From: an uncultured delta proteobacterium
GTDB taxonomy: Bacteria > Myxococcota_A > Polyangia > Polyangiales > Houyiibacteriaceae
Length of the DNA: 64,000 nucleotides
Assembly: GCA_963699755.1 (NCBI GenBank)
Contig: CAVOVB010000002.1
Location: 736,001 to 800,000, forward strand
Direction of reading: 5' to 3'
A program made the position numbers and the translations under genes. Positions 31,511 through 43,634 of the stretch are shown here, piece after piece; within the stretch, counting starts at the first letter, position 1, and each line of letters opens with the position of its first letter. The notes under the pieces are model-generated. The model was not told the origin of the DNA, made no database searches, and worked only from the letters and a program-made list of their open reading frames with translations.

Positions 31511-31714
31511 CTCCAACGGCATTCAGAAACCAAGGGTTTTTGGATTGGAAACGCTTTGAGTGGGACATTTCTGTCATAGACACGCAGCCGATTGTCGCGG
31601 TTGGCACAATCAAGACTGGCGCGCGTCCGATAAGCGCACATTGTCCTACCGCGCAGGTTGAAGTGAGCGTGCCCTCCCGCGTATGATCTGAAGAACCGGT
31701 TAGGCCGGACTCAA

Positions 31715-32968
31715 ATGCCCAAGTGCCATAGCTGCGACGGAAAAGTGCTGAGGACGGACGCGTTCTGCGGCGCATGTGGCGAGCCGGTCCCCGGCGCAAA
31801 GCCCGTGGTGCCGATCTCTCGCGAGTTCAAGCTGAGCGACATGGGCAGCCCGCCAGAACGCTTGCGTGGCACGTTTCGCCCGGCGTCGGGGAGCTCGACT
31901 TCGGCGCGGGCCATGGCCATCGTCGCGGTCTCGGAGCCCGAAGTCGCCGAACCCGCAGACACCGCCCTCACCCGCACCTCGATTCGTGAGCGCGAGCCAC
32001 GAAGCGAGCCAGCCCCCGTCCTGCCCCTTCATCGAAAGAAGAACGGCGCCGAGAGCGACCGGCAGGCGGAGCCAAGGGAAGCCGAGGCGCGCGGAGGTTC
32101 GGTGCGGGCATCAGAGCCGGAGCGCTCGACGGCCGCAAGCCTTCCCAACATGCCGATTCCGCCGGGCCCGCCGATTCTCGCGTCCGATCTGCTCCGTGAA
32201 CAAATGCGGCCGTCGAGCCCCGGTGAAAAGGCACTGCGCGGCGCGACAATCGTCCTCAGCGCACTTGGTGCGCTCGGCGTCCTGCTCTTCGGTGGCATAC
32301 ATCCGTTGACATTCGTCGCCCTGGCGCTGCTGATCATGACTGCAACCTTGGCGCTCGCACCGATGTCGTATCGGGCCCGTGCGATCGCGATCTTCTTGAC
32401 CGGTTTGGTCACGACCGGAGTTGCTCTATGGCAACAGGCGCTCCAGGGCATCGCGCCAGAGGGCATGATTTTGGCCTGCGCGACGATCCTGCTCAGTGGG
32501 AGCCTGCTGTTTCGGGCATACTATCGGGGCGCGCGATTGGCGCGTGTGGCGGTGACTCTTGGTGTCCTGACCCTAGGCGCTTGGTTTCTGGTCTCGAGGG
32601 GCCATGAGAGCCTCGTGATGCTCGACGGCCATTGGCAGTCCTGGGCGCCTGCAATCACACACATGAGCTTCGGTCTGCTCGCCCTGCTCTCCCTCATGGC
32701 CTTCATGGACAACAGCACCCGTGGCGGCTCCCATGTCTGGGCCGTGGCGGTGCTGGCGCTCTATGCCGTTCACATAGGTCTTTTGGTTGCGAGCGCGCGA
32801 TGGCCGCTCAACCACGCGGCGGTGAGCATTCAGGGACCCACCGTGGCCACTATCATCGCCGGCATGGTCGGCACCATCCTTGCGGGCTTGGCTCTCGCGC
32901 AGGTCCTGGTCGCGATCTACCAAGCGACCTCGACCCGGACCCGATCGCGCGTCTCGTTCACGACTTGA
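31715..32968 (+). CDS. membrane protein: N-terminal zinc ribbon, disordered linker, ~8 TM helices
   Basis: CHSC..FCGACG; Pro/Ala/Arg-rich linker; hydrophobic C-terminal half; upstream TTGAAG-18nt-TATGAT. Confidence 0.75.
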   Translation: MPKCHSCDGKVLRTDAFCGACGEPVPGAKPVVPISREFKLSDMGSPPERLRGTFRPASGSSTSARAMAIVAVSEPEVAEPADTALTRTSIREREPRSEPAPVLPLHRKKNGAESDRQAEPREAEARGGSVRASEPERSTAASLPNMPIPPGPPILASDLLREQMRPSSPGEKALRGATIVLSALGALGVLLFGGIHPLTFVALALLIMTATLALAPMSYRARAIAIFLTGLVTTGVALWQQALQGIAPEGMILACATILLSGSLLFRAYYRGARLARVAVTLGVLTLGAWFLVSRGHESLVMLDGHWQSWAPAITHMSFGLLALLSLMAFMDNSTRGGSHVWAVAVLALYAVHIGLLVASARWPLNHAAVSIQGPTVATIIAGMVGTILAGLALAQVLVAIYQATSTRTRSRVSFTT

Positions 32969-32970
32969 GC

Positions 32971-34011
32971 TCAGGGCACTTTGCGGGGCCAGGAAGCCAG
33001 GAGGATGACCGCACAGGTGCGGCCCTTCGCGTCCTCCGCCTTGCCGAAGCCGCCGTCGGTGAATCGAGGGTCGGTTACCGTCATTCGATGACTAGGGCTG
33101 TCTTCGATCGCATGGAGCGCTTCCCGCATCGTCGGCGCCCGCGCCACCGCTTCGCCGACGACGCGCGCCTCGATGCCTCGCTTGAGGAGACGAGCTTCGG
33201 GGTCGCCGTTGGGGTCTAGCTCGTGACCGAATTTGCCCGAATCGCAAATCGTCTGCGCATGGCTCGTCGCCTCCTTGGTCAGTAGCCGGTTGGAGCGTAC
33301 CGAATGAGCGCCTGAAGCCCGTCGCAGCTGCATCAGCCAGGCCTCAGGGGACTGAGAGCCGCCTTGTGTCGCTGGGCCTTCCGGAATCTTGCCAACCCAG
33401 CGCTCCGCGACCGGTCGCGGACCGCTCGGCCCATCGGCAACGAGCTGTACGAAGAGCGGACGCCCCCACTCGAGCGGAACCGTGATGGTCGACCCGTACG
33501 GTCCGCCGTCGACGGCGATACGTCGCGAAGAACCTGTGGCATCGCGGACGACGAGGTACGGATCCCTGAACTCCTCGATGACCTCGGCATGAAGCTGGTT
33601 TCGACCCGAGACCGTGAGCGAGCCAGCACGAACGGCTGCGACGAAAACGATACGCTCTCCGGAGCGGGCGCGTCCGCAGATGAGAGGCGCATCGGAATTC
33701 TCGTTCAGATCTTCGAGCCAGACTTTGAAGCTGTCGAACTCTCCGGTGACGCCAAACTTCGCATACACAGGGTTCGCGTCGACTCCGGCCTCACGAGCGG
33801 TCTTGACTAGCTCGGACGAGGGCGGGATCTGTTGCAGGGCCGCCAGCTGAGCAGCAACCTCCTCGAGCTTCGCGTCCTTGATGCACAAGCGGTCGGGTTT
33901 CGCTTCGGTAGTGGGCTCGGGCTCCGCGGGAGCGTCGTTTTTCTTGTCGGCGCCGGCGGTCGCGTGGAGGGCGAGCAGCGTGGCACAAAGGAGAGTGATT
34001 TTGCGCAGCAT
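32971..34011 (-). CDS. secreted CAP/SCP-domain protein
   Basis: Signal peptide; C-terminal HA...FGH...VGEAVA...SPSHR CAP motifs. Confidence 0.75.
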   Translation of the reverse strand: MLRKITLLCATLLALHATAGADKKNDAPAEPEPTTEAKPDRLCIKDAKLEEVAAQLAALQQIPPSSELVKTAREAGVDANPVYAKFGVTGEFDSFKVWLEDLNENSDAPLICGRARSGERIVFVAAVRAGSLTVSGRNQLHAEVIEEFRDPYLVVRDATGSSRRIAVDGGPYGSTITVPLEWGRPLFVQLVADGPSGPRPVAERWVGKIPEGPATQGGSQSPEAWLMQLRRASGAHSVRSNRLLTKEATSHAQTICDSGKFGHELDPNGDPEARLLKRGIEARVVGEAVARAPTMREALHAIEDSPSHRMTVTDPRFTDGGFGKAEDAKGRTCAVILLASWPRKVP

Positions 34012-34020
34012 CGTTTTCAG

Positions 34021-35211
34021 TCACGTCCGGTAGTCGGCGTTGATCCGAACGTACTCGTGACCGAGGTCGCAGGTCCAGTAATGACCCAGGCCGCGCCCAG
34101 ACCCAACCTCGACCGAGATCTCGTACTCTGCGCGCTTCATCGTCGCAGCGGCTTTCGCTTCGGTTTTTGCGGTCATCACCGGCGTACCATGCTCGAAAAT
34201 CGAGACTTCCCCGATCTGCACCGACACATGATCAGGATTGAAACGTGCACCGGCACGGCCCGCGGCCGCCAGAATGCGGCCCCAGTTCGGGTCGCAGCCA
34301 TAGAGCGCCGTCTTGACCAGCTGGGAGCCGGCAATGGTCCGGGCGATCTGCACCGCATCCGAGTCCGTTCGGGCACCGCGAACGACGATCCGTACCAGGT
34401 GCTCGGCGCCCTCCCCGTCCGCGACGATCTTGGTGGCGAGCGATTCGAGCAGCTCGGTGAGTGCGCTGAGGAAGCGACGACCTGCCGCGCTGTGCTCTTC
34501 GATCGTTCGAGTGCTGGCCGCGCCTGACGCAAGCGCATAGATGGAATCGTTGGTACTGGTGTCGCCATCGACGGTTGCGCGGTTGAAGCTGAGCTCGGTC
34601 GCGTGGCGCAAAAACCTCGAGAGCGTCGGCCCATGGAGCGGGGCGTCGGTGGTTACGAAGGCGAGGGTCGTAGCCATGTTTGGATGGATCATCCCTGCGC
34701 CTTTGGCGATGCCGAGAAGACGGCAGGTCGTTCGGCCCACTCTCAGCTCGGCTCTTGCAACCTTTGGACCGCGATCGGTGGTCAAAATCGCCCGGGCAAA
34801 TCGTGATGCACCTGCCGCCGAAAGGTCGTCGACGAGATCGGGGATCGCCGCTTCGATGTTCTCGCGCGGCAGCTGTACGCCGATGACGCCCGTCGAGGCC
34901 GGCACCACGAGGGAGCTTCGAACACGAAGCGACCGGGCGACCGTGCGGGTCACGGCCAGGGCTGCGTTCTGCCCCTGCTTGCCCGTGCATGCGTTGGCGT
35001 TGCCGCTGTTGACGAGGACCGCTTGGCAACGCCCGCTCCTGAGTCGACGCTCACTGATCTGGACCGGAGCAGCGCGCACCCGGTTCCTCGTGAACACCCC
35101 CGAGGCGACCGCAGGCGCATCTGCGCAGATCAAGCCCAGATCCAGGCGATCGCCTCCCTTGATTCCGCCGTGTACACCAGCGAAGCGAAACCCCTTCACC
35201 CGTCCGCTCAT
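34021..35211 (-). CDS. argJ: ornithine acetyltransferase / N-acetylglutamate synthase
   Basis: NSGNANACTG, STGVIG, KGAGMIHPNMAT, DTSTND, DGEGA, DPNWGRI, WTCDL..YVRINADYRT. Confidence 0.97.
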   Translation of the reverse strand: MSGRVKGFRFAGVHGGIKGGDRLDLGLICADAPAVASGVFTRNRVRAAPVQISERRLRSGRCQAVLVNSGNANACTGKQGQNAALAVTRTVARSLRVRSSLVVPASTGVIGVQLPRENIEAAIPDLVDDLSAAGASRFARAILTTDRGPKVARAELRVGRTTCRLLGIAKGAGMIHPNMATTLAFVTTDAPLHGPTLSRFLRHATELSFNRATVDGDTSTNDSIYALASGAASTRTIEEHSAAGRRFLSALTELLESLATKIVADGEGAEHLVRIVVRGARTDSDAVQIARTIAGSQLVKTALYGCDPNWGRILAAAGRAGARFNPDHVSVQIGEVSIFEHGTPVMTAKTEAKAAATMKRAEYEISVEVGSGRGLGHYWTCDLGHEYVRINADYRT

Positions 35212-35235
35212 GGCGTGCCTCTTACCAGAAGGTGC

Positions 35236-38430
<3,195 letters not shown>

Positions 38431-38436
38431 GGCTGC

Positions 38437-38465
38437 AATCTAGGTCGGCCTGGGGAGCGGCGCAA
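38437..38465 (-). promoter_or_regulatory. sigma70-type secA promoter, probably leaderless
   Basis: Minus strand TTGCGC-17nt-TAGATT-6nt-GTG(38430); no SD. Confidence 0.6.
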
Positions 38466-38472
38466 ACGACAG

Positions 38473-39969
38473 TCAAGACCAACGCTTCGAGAGCGCGACG
38501 ACCGCCATCAGCACGAAGACGAGAAGCACGAAGGCCCAGAGGCCCCGGCCCGAGGAAGGAGTCTGCGAGGAGGGTGAGCGCCCATCACCGAACGCGTCGA
38601 GAAGCTGCCGGGCGCGGGCCTGCGCGACGAGCTCGACTCGCAGCAAGACCATGCTGACGATCAAACCGATCAAGAAGATGACCACGGCGGCCTGCCAGCG
38701 CCGGAGCTCCTGCTCGAGCTCGAAGGCCTCGTCGACACCAACCCGTGTGCTCATCCCGGGTCCGATCGCGACCACGTCGAAGCTCGGAACGGCGAACAAG
38801 GCTCGAAGGGCGTTCTCGACGGCTGCTTCGGGAAGGGTGTCCTCGAGGATCGACAGCGCGAGTGGATCGAGCCCTCGTTGATCTGCGTCCGAGAGGACGA
38901 AAGCCGCTGCTGCGCGCACCCGGTCGGGGCCGCTCTCACCTTGGACGACGTACGCGACGCCGGCGGTATTGTCCGAGAAGAGATCGGCTCGAACCTGAAG
39001 ACGCCAAACCCCCGGCCCCGGGGCGGGAAGGTGCGGGTCATCGGGGCTGAGCGAGAACGCTTGCACCCATCGACGTCCCTGAAAGACGTCAACCAAGACG
39101 GGGCTCCGCTCGCCGAGCTGCTCCCAGTCGACTCGGATTCGCTCTGCTTCGAAGGATGCCCGGGCGACGATGCCCGCTGGGACCAAGGGTAGCCGCAGTT
39201 CTCGGGCGGCGAGGAGGGTGCCGTCCGCGCTGAGCGCTTCGACCTCGACACGGCCCTCGGCGCCTGTCACCACGATCGGAAAGCGCGCGAATCCACTCGA
39301 CGGCGTCACGAGCCCCTGCTCGAGGTGGACAGCATCGAGAGATCGCAGACGCACGCGGACATCTTCATCGCCGACCCAGACCGAGACCCAGCAGCGAAGA
39401 TCGGGTACGCAGGCACCCTCTTCGACGCGCGGGTCGAGGAGAGGAACCGCTTGCCTCGAATTGGAGACGCGGATGGGTCCGAGCTCGTAAACCTGAAACG
39501 CGGTGACCGAACGTCCGGCCGGCAGGCGGGATTCGATCGCTTCACGAACGTAGAGCGTCCGCTCCACGGAGACTTCTCGCCCGTCGATCTCAGCGTGCGC
39601 CACGAGGTGAAGCGCTTCGTCCAGCTCCTCGGGAATCGCCAGTTGGCCCTCCCTTCCGTGCACCTGTGACTCTACGAGCTCCGTGCTGGCGAGCGTGATC
39701 CCTGCTGTATTGCGTAGCTCGACGACGACGGGAGGAGCGCCGACGACCGTGAAACCTTCGTCATCATCTTTGAGCTCCCACGCGCGAAGTCCGATGGTCG
39801 TGCCGGGTCGCGCGACGAGCGGTGCGCTGAAGCGAAGATCGGGAACCACGGACGGGGCACCGGAGATCCAGAGAGCCGCGAGAATGAACGCGACAAGCAA
39901 GGGCGACAGTCGAATCGCCCAAGCAAATCGGCCAATATGCCGGTCCTCGGTCCTGATGGGGATGGACAA
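38473..39969 (-). CDS. hypothetical membrane protein (N-terminal anchor, large beta-rich domain, two C-terminal TMs)
   Basis: 498-aa ORF filling the secA-fur gap; hydrophobic segments at both ends; start uncertain. Confidence 0.7.
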   Translation of the reverse strand: MSIPIRTEDRHIGRFAWAIRLSPLLVAFILAALWISGAPSVVPDLRFSAPLVARPGTTIGLRAWELKDDDEGFTVVGAPPVVVELRNTAGITLASTELVESQVHGREGQLAIPEELDEALHLVAHAEIDGREVSVERTLYVREAIESRLPAGRSVTAFQVYELGPIRVSNSRQAVPLLDPRVEEGACVPDLRCWVSVWVGDEDVRVRLRSLDAVHLEQGLVTPSSGFARFPIVVTGAEGRVEVEALSADGTLLAARELRLPLVPAGIVARASFEAERIRVDWEQLGERSPVLVDVFQGRRWVQAFSLSPDDPHLPAPGPGVWRLQVRADLFSDNTAGVAYVVQGESGPDRVRAAAAFVLSDADQRGLDPLALSILEDTLPEAAVENALRALFAVPSFDVVAIGPGMSTRVGVDEAFELEQELRRWQAAVVIFLIGLIVSMVLLRVELVAQARARQLLDAFGDGRSPSSQTPSSGRGLWAFVLLVFVLMAVVALSKRWS

Positions 39970-40012
39970 GATCGGGATGTTACCTTAGGTACGCCTGAGG
40001 GATAGAGCGCCA

Positions 40013-40471
40013 ATGGCAGCGACCGCTGAACACGACGTCGAGCAGCTCCGTGCTCGCTTGAACGAGTACATGAATAGGCACGGCCTGCGTTCGACGGAGC
40101 AGCGGCGCCTGGTGACCGAGATGTTCTTCGCCAGCTCGGACCACCTTTCGATCGAAGACCTGCTCGAGAAGGTCCGCCTGGAGGAGCCCAAGATCGGTTA
40201 CGCGACGGTGTATCGCACACTCAAGCTCCTCAAGGACTGCGGGCTCGCCTTCGAGCGCCACTTCGGCGACGGGGTCTCCCGCTATGAAGTTGCCTGGGCC
40301 AACGAGCATCACGACCACATGATCTGCGTCGAGTGCGAGCGGATCGTCGAGTTCGAGGACGAGGCCATCGAAAGCCTGCAGCACAAGGTAGCCGCAAGGC
40401 TCGGCTTCAAGCTCGTTCGTCACAAGCTCGAGCTTTACGGGGTTTGCGCCGACTGCCAGGCCAAGACCTAG
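40013..40471 (+). CDS. fur: Fur-family transcriptional regulator
   Basis: GLRSTEQR, IGYATVYRTL, HHDHMICVEC..EF, C-terminal CADC. Confidence 0.9.
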   Translation: MAATAEHDVEQLRARLNEYMNRHGLRSTEQRRLVTEMFFASSDHLSIEDLLEKVRLEEPKIGYATVYRTLKLLKDCGLAFERHFGDGVSRYEVAWANEHHDHMICVECERIVEFEDEAIESLQHKVAARLGFKLVRHKLELYGVCADCQAKT

Positions 40472-40507
40472 GTCGGCCAGGCCTGGCAGCGGCTTTGGCA
40501 CAGTGAC

Positions 40508-42349
40508 TTAGATGGCCGCGAACGCCTCGTCGGGGATCTCGACCGGGAGCGTATCGATGGCGCTGAGGCGCTGCACGCGGCTCGGCAAGGTGGTGAGCAC
40601 GTTGTTCGCGAAATACTGCGCGACGAACTTCTTGCCCGTGTAGAACGCGTGATCCGGGTGGCTCTCGGAGGTTACGGGAAGCTTTTTCAAAGCAATGGAG
40701 GCCTGCTCGAGGAGCAACCAGCCGACCGCGAGCTCGCTCATGATGTTGAGGAATTCCTCGGCGGCGAGCGGAATGTGCTCGAGCTTGCCGCCCTTGAACC
40801 AGCCGATGAACTGCGTCACCGAAGCGGCAACCGCTTCGTGCGCGCTCTGGAGGTGGCGGAGGCCGTCCTCGAGCTCCGGCGTGTCTTTGTTTTCCATGAT
40901 GAACTTCTGGATATCCATCAGAAACGCCTGTGTATTCGCGCCACCGGCCTGGCCGAGCTTGCGGCTGACCAAGTCCATCGACTGGATGAAGTTCGTGCCT
41001 TCGTAGATTTGAAAGATCTTCGAGTCGCGGCAGTACTGCTCGACCGGATGATCCTTGAGAAAGCCGTGGCCACCGTAGACCTGAATCGCGCGGCTCGAAA
41101 CGTCGAACGCTGCATCGGTGCCGTAGGCCTTCACGAGCGGCGTCAGAAGATCGACCTGGCCCTTGTGGTAGGCCTCGGATTGGTCGTCCTTGCCTTGGGT
41201 CGCTCGCAGACGGTCGCCATGGTTCGAGAGCTTCATGACCAGGGCGCGGACGCCTTCGACGCGAGCCTTCATCGCCAGGAGATCGCGGCGGATGTTCGGA
41301 TGGTCGAGGATCGGCACGCGCGGCGCGTTGGCGTCTTTAAACTGCTTGATGCTGGCGCCCTGCTTGCGCTCACGCGCGTACTCGAGCGCGCTCAGATAGG
41401 CCGCGGAAGCCACGCCGAGACCTTGGATGCCGACACCGATGCGCGCCGAGTTCATCATGTGGAACATCTGCCGAATGCCCTGGTGCTCGACACCGCCAAC
41501 GACCTCGCCGATGCAATCGTCCTCGTCGCCGAACTGCATCACGCATGTCGCCGAGGCGTTGATGCCCATCTTGTGCTCGATCGAGGGGACCTGGACGTCG
41601 TTGTGCTCACCGAGCGAACCATCTTCATTGATGCGCACGCGGGGCACGATGAACAGCGAGAGACCCTTGGTTCCTGGCTCAGCGCCTTCGATGCGCGCGA
41701 GGACCAGGTGGATCACGTTCTCGCCGAGGTCGTTGTCGCCAGCGCTGATGAAGATCTTGGTGCCGCGGATCTTGTAGGTGCCGTCGTCGTTGCGTGTAGC
41801 GACGCTCGAGGCGGAACCCACGTCGGAGCCAGCGTGCGGCTCGGTCAGACACATCGTGCCCGTCCATTGGCCGCTGAACATCTTGGGAACGAACTTCCTC
41901 TTCTGCTCTTCGGTGCCGAACTCCAAGATCAGCTCGGCAGCCGAAAAGGTGAGGCCCGCATACATCGTGAACGCGGTGTTGGCCCCGCAGAACATTTCCT
42001 CGACGAAGGAGCTCAGCATCGATGGCGCATCCTGGCCGCCCCAGCGAGAAGGCGCGCCGATGGTTCGCCAGCCGGCCTCCCAGACTTTGTCCCAGGCTTC
42101 CTTGAAGCCGTCGGGCGTCTTGACGCGGCCGTCCTCGATTCGGCAGCCCTGCGCATCTCCGCTGCTGTTGAGCGGACCGGTCACGTCGCAGACGAATCGG
42201 TACACTTCGTCGAGGACCATGTCGCACTCCTCGACGCCCCATTGCGCGAAGGGTTCCTTCCCCAGAACGGATTGCAGATCGAACTGCTCGAAAAACAGAA
42301 AACGAAAGTCTCGTAGATCCGCACGATAGCGATTGATTGCTTGCGCCAC
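40508..42349 (-). CDS. acyl-CoA dehydrogenase (long, ~610-aa type)
   Basis: GTMCLTEPHAGSDVG, GTKIFIS, EHKMGI, IYEGTN; GTG 42349 with SD GGAGG. Confidence 0.93.
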   Translation of the reverse strand: MAQAINRYRADLRDFRFLFFEQFDLQSVLGKEPFAQWGVEECDMVLDEVYRFVCDVTGPLNSSGDAQGCRIEDGRVKTPDGFKEAWDKVWEAGWRTIGAPSRWGGQDAPSMLSSFVEEMFCGANTAFTMYAGLTFSAAELILEFGTEEQKRKFVPKMFSGQWTGTMCLTEPHAGSDVGSASSVATRNDDGTYKIRGTKIFISAGDNDLGENVIHLVLARIEGAEPGTKGLSLFIVPRVRINEDGSLGEHNDVQVPSIEHKMGINASATCVMQFGDEDDCIGEVVGGVEHQGIRQMFHMMNSARIGVGIQGLGVASAAYLSALEYARERKQGASIKQFKDANAPRVPILDHPNIRRDLLAMKARVEGVRALVMKLSNHGDRLRATQGKDDQSEAYHKGQVDLLTPLVKAYGTDAAFDVSSRAIQVYGGHGFLKDHPVEQYCRDSKIFQIYEGTNFIQSMDLVSRKLGQAGGANTQAFLMDIQKFIMENKDTPELEDGLRHLQSAHEAVAASVTQFIGWFKGGKLEHIPLAAEEFLNIMSELAVGWLLLEQASIALKKLPVTSESHPDHAFYTGKKFVAQYFANNVLTTLPSRVQRLSAIDTLPVEIPDEAFAAI

Positions 42350-42475
42350 GTCTGCCTCCAATGTTCTGGGCGGTCACCCTCGGACTTGTGCGCGTGATTA
42401 CTCGCTTAGGCCCTGATGGATGCCGGCTGTAAGAAAGCTGAGGTCAGCTCGCGTTTAGGTCAAGCGCTGATAAGC

Positions 42476-43453
42476 CTATTGGCTGGTAAGATCCCTCACG
42501 AACTCGCCGATTCGGTCGATCGCGCGGCGTCCCTCTTCGAGCATCGGGGCGAAGACGTGCCAGGCGTGGATCATGTCGGGCCAGACTTCGAGCTTGACCT
42601 CGACGCCAGCGGAACGAGCGGCCTCAGCGACGCGAAGGTTGTCATCTAGCAGGGTTTCTGCGGCTCCGACCTGAATCAGCAGGGTTGGGAGCCCGGTCAT
42701 GTCGGCGTGAACCGGCGACACCAGAGGGTCGCTATGCTGGTCGACCGGAGCGAATCGCTTGGCCATCGAACGGATGCCGATCCGAGTCACGAAGTCGTAG
42801 TGACGGTTGAATTGCATGGACGTGCTGCGCGTATCCAGGTCGAACCAGCCCGAAATCAGGACCCCTCCAGCGGGTAAGGGCAACCCTGCCTCACGCAGCG
42901 AGACCAAGGTCGAGAGGGTCAGCCCTGCCCCTGCCGACTCGCCGCCCATGATGATCTGGTCTGGATGAATCCCCTGTTCCTCGATCAGCCAGAGATAGAC
43001 GCGGTGAGAGTCCTCGAGCTGCGCGGGAAACGGATGCTCCGGAGCGAGTCGGTAGTCGGCGGCCAAGACCCGCATCCCGCTTGCGATGCAGAGCCGAGCA
43101 AGGAAGTCACGGTGAGAGTTGATCGAGCCGGTGGAATAGCCGCCGCCGTGAAAGTAGAGAATCACCCGGTTGGGATCGCTCTGCGGCTGCGAAAACCACT
43201 CGGCAGACACCCCGCCCGCGTCGATCGGCTGCATCTTCACTTCGCGCATGGGCTTGGTGATCGGCCGTGGCGGATCGATCACGCGACGCTGGATCTGAAG
43301 TGGCAGAACGGTCGAGAGATTGGCCGAGCGCCGGAGCACCTCGGCCACCGTTTCGAGCTCGAGCGTCCAAGTCGGCCGGCGCGGTCCGAAGACGGCACGA
43401 CGGGCTCGAATCACGGGCTTGAGGCCATCGATCATGACGCGAATCAGATTCAC
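42476..43453 (-). CDS. HSL-family alpha/beta hydrolase (esterase/lipase)
   Basis: HGGG, DYRLAPEHPFPA, GESAG nucleophile, MIH. Confidence 0.92.
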   Translation of the reverse strand: MNLIRVMIDGLKPVIRARRAVFGPRRPTWTLELETVAEVLRRSANLSTVLPLQIQRRVIDPPRPITKPMREVKMQPIDAGGVSAEWFSQPQSDPNRVILYFHGGGYSTGSINSHRDFLARLCIASGMRVLAADYRLAPEHPFPAQLEDSHRVYLWLIEEQGIHPDQIIMGGESAGAGLTLSTLVSLREAGLPLPAGGVLISGWFDLDTRSTSMQFNRHYDFVTRIGIRSMAKRFAPVDQHSDPLVSPVHADMTGLPTLLIQVGAAETLLDDNLRVAEAARSAGVEVKLEVWPDMIHAWHVFAPMLEEGRRAIDRIGEFVRDLTSQ

Positions 43454-43496
43454 GGTGGGCTAGGATAGCATGAGACCCATCACCGAATGACGACGC

Positions 43497-43547
43497 ACCG
43501 GCTCGCGACGGGCGTGCTCGCGATTGGGCACCCCGTCGCGAGCCGGT
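43497..43547. repeat. long inverted repeat (16-bp perfect arms plus a 6-bp inner stem)
   Basis: ACCGGCTCGCGACGGG ... CCCGTCGCGAGCCGGT, between divergent genes. Confidence 0.85.
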
Positions 43548-43634
43548 ATCCGATCGGAAGCTTGACAGTGACGGCATGAGGGTCTTGCCGTATCCCGGTG
43601 GCGCCGACGCTGTGTACCTCGTAAGTCTCCAGCC

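Noticed and set aside
31601..31616. TTGGCAC as a + strand sigma54 promoter
   Set aside because: The -12 position is AC rather than GC.
31362..31799. Minus-strand ORFs 31362-31799 and 31384-31641, and + ORF 31504-31686, over the sRNA locus
   Set aside because: No recognisable motifs or SD, atypical composition; they run through promoter elements, and the longest overlaps the 31715 gene.
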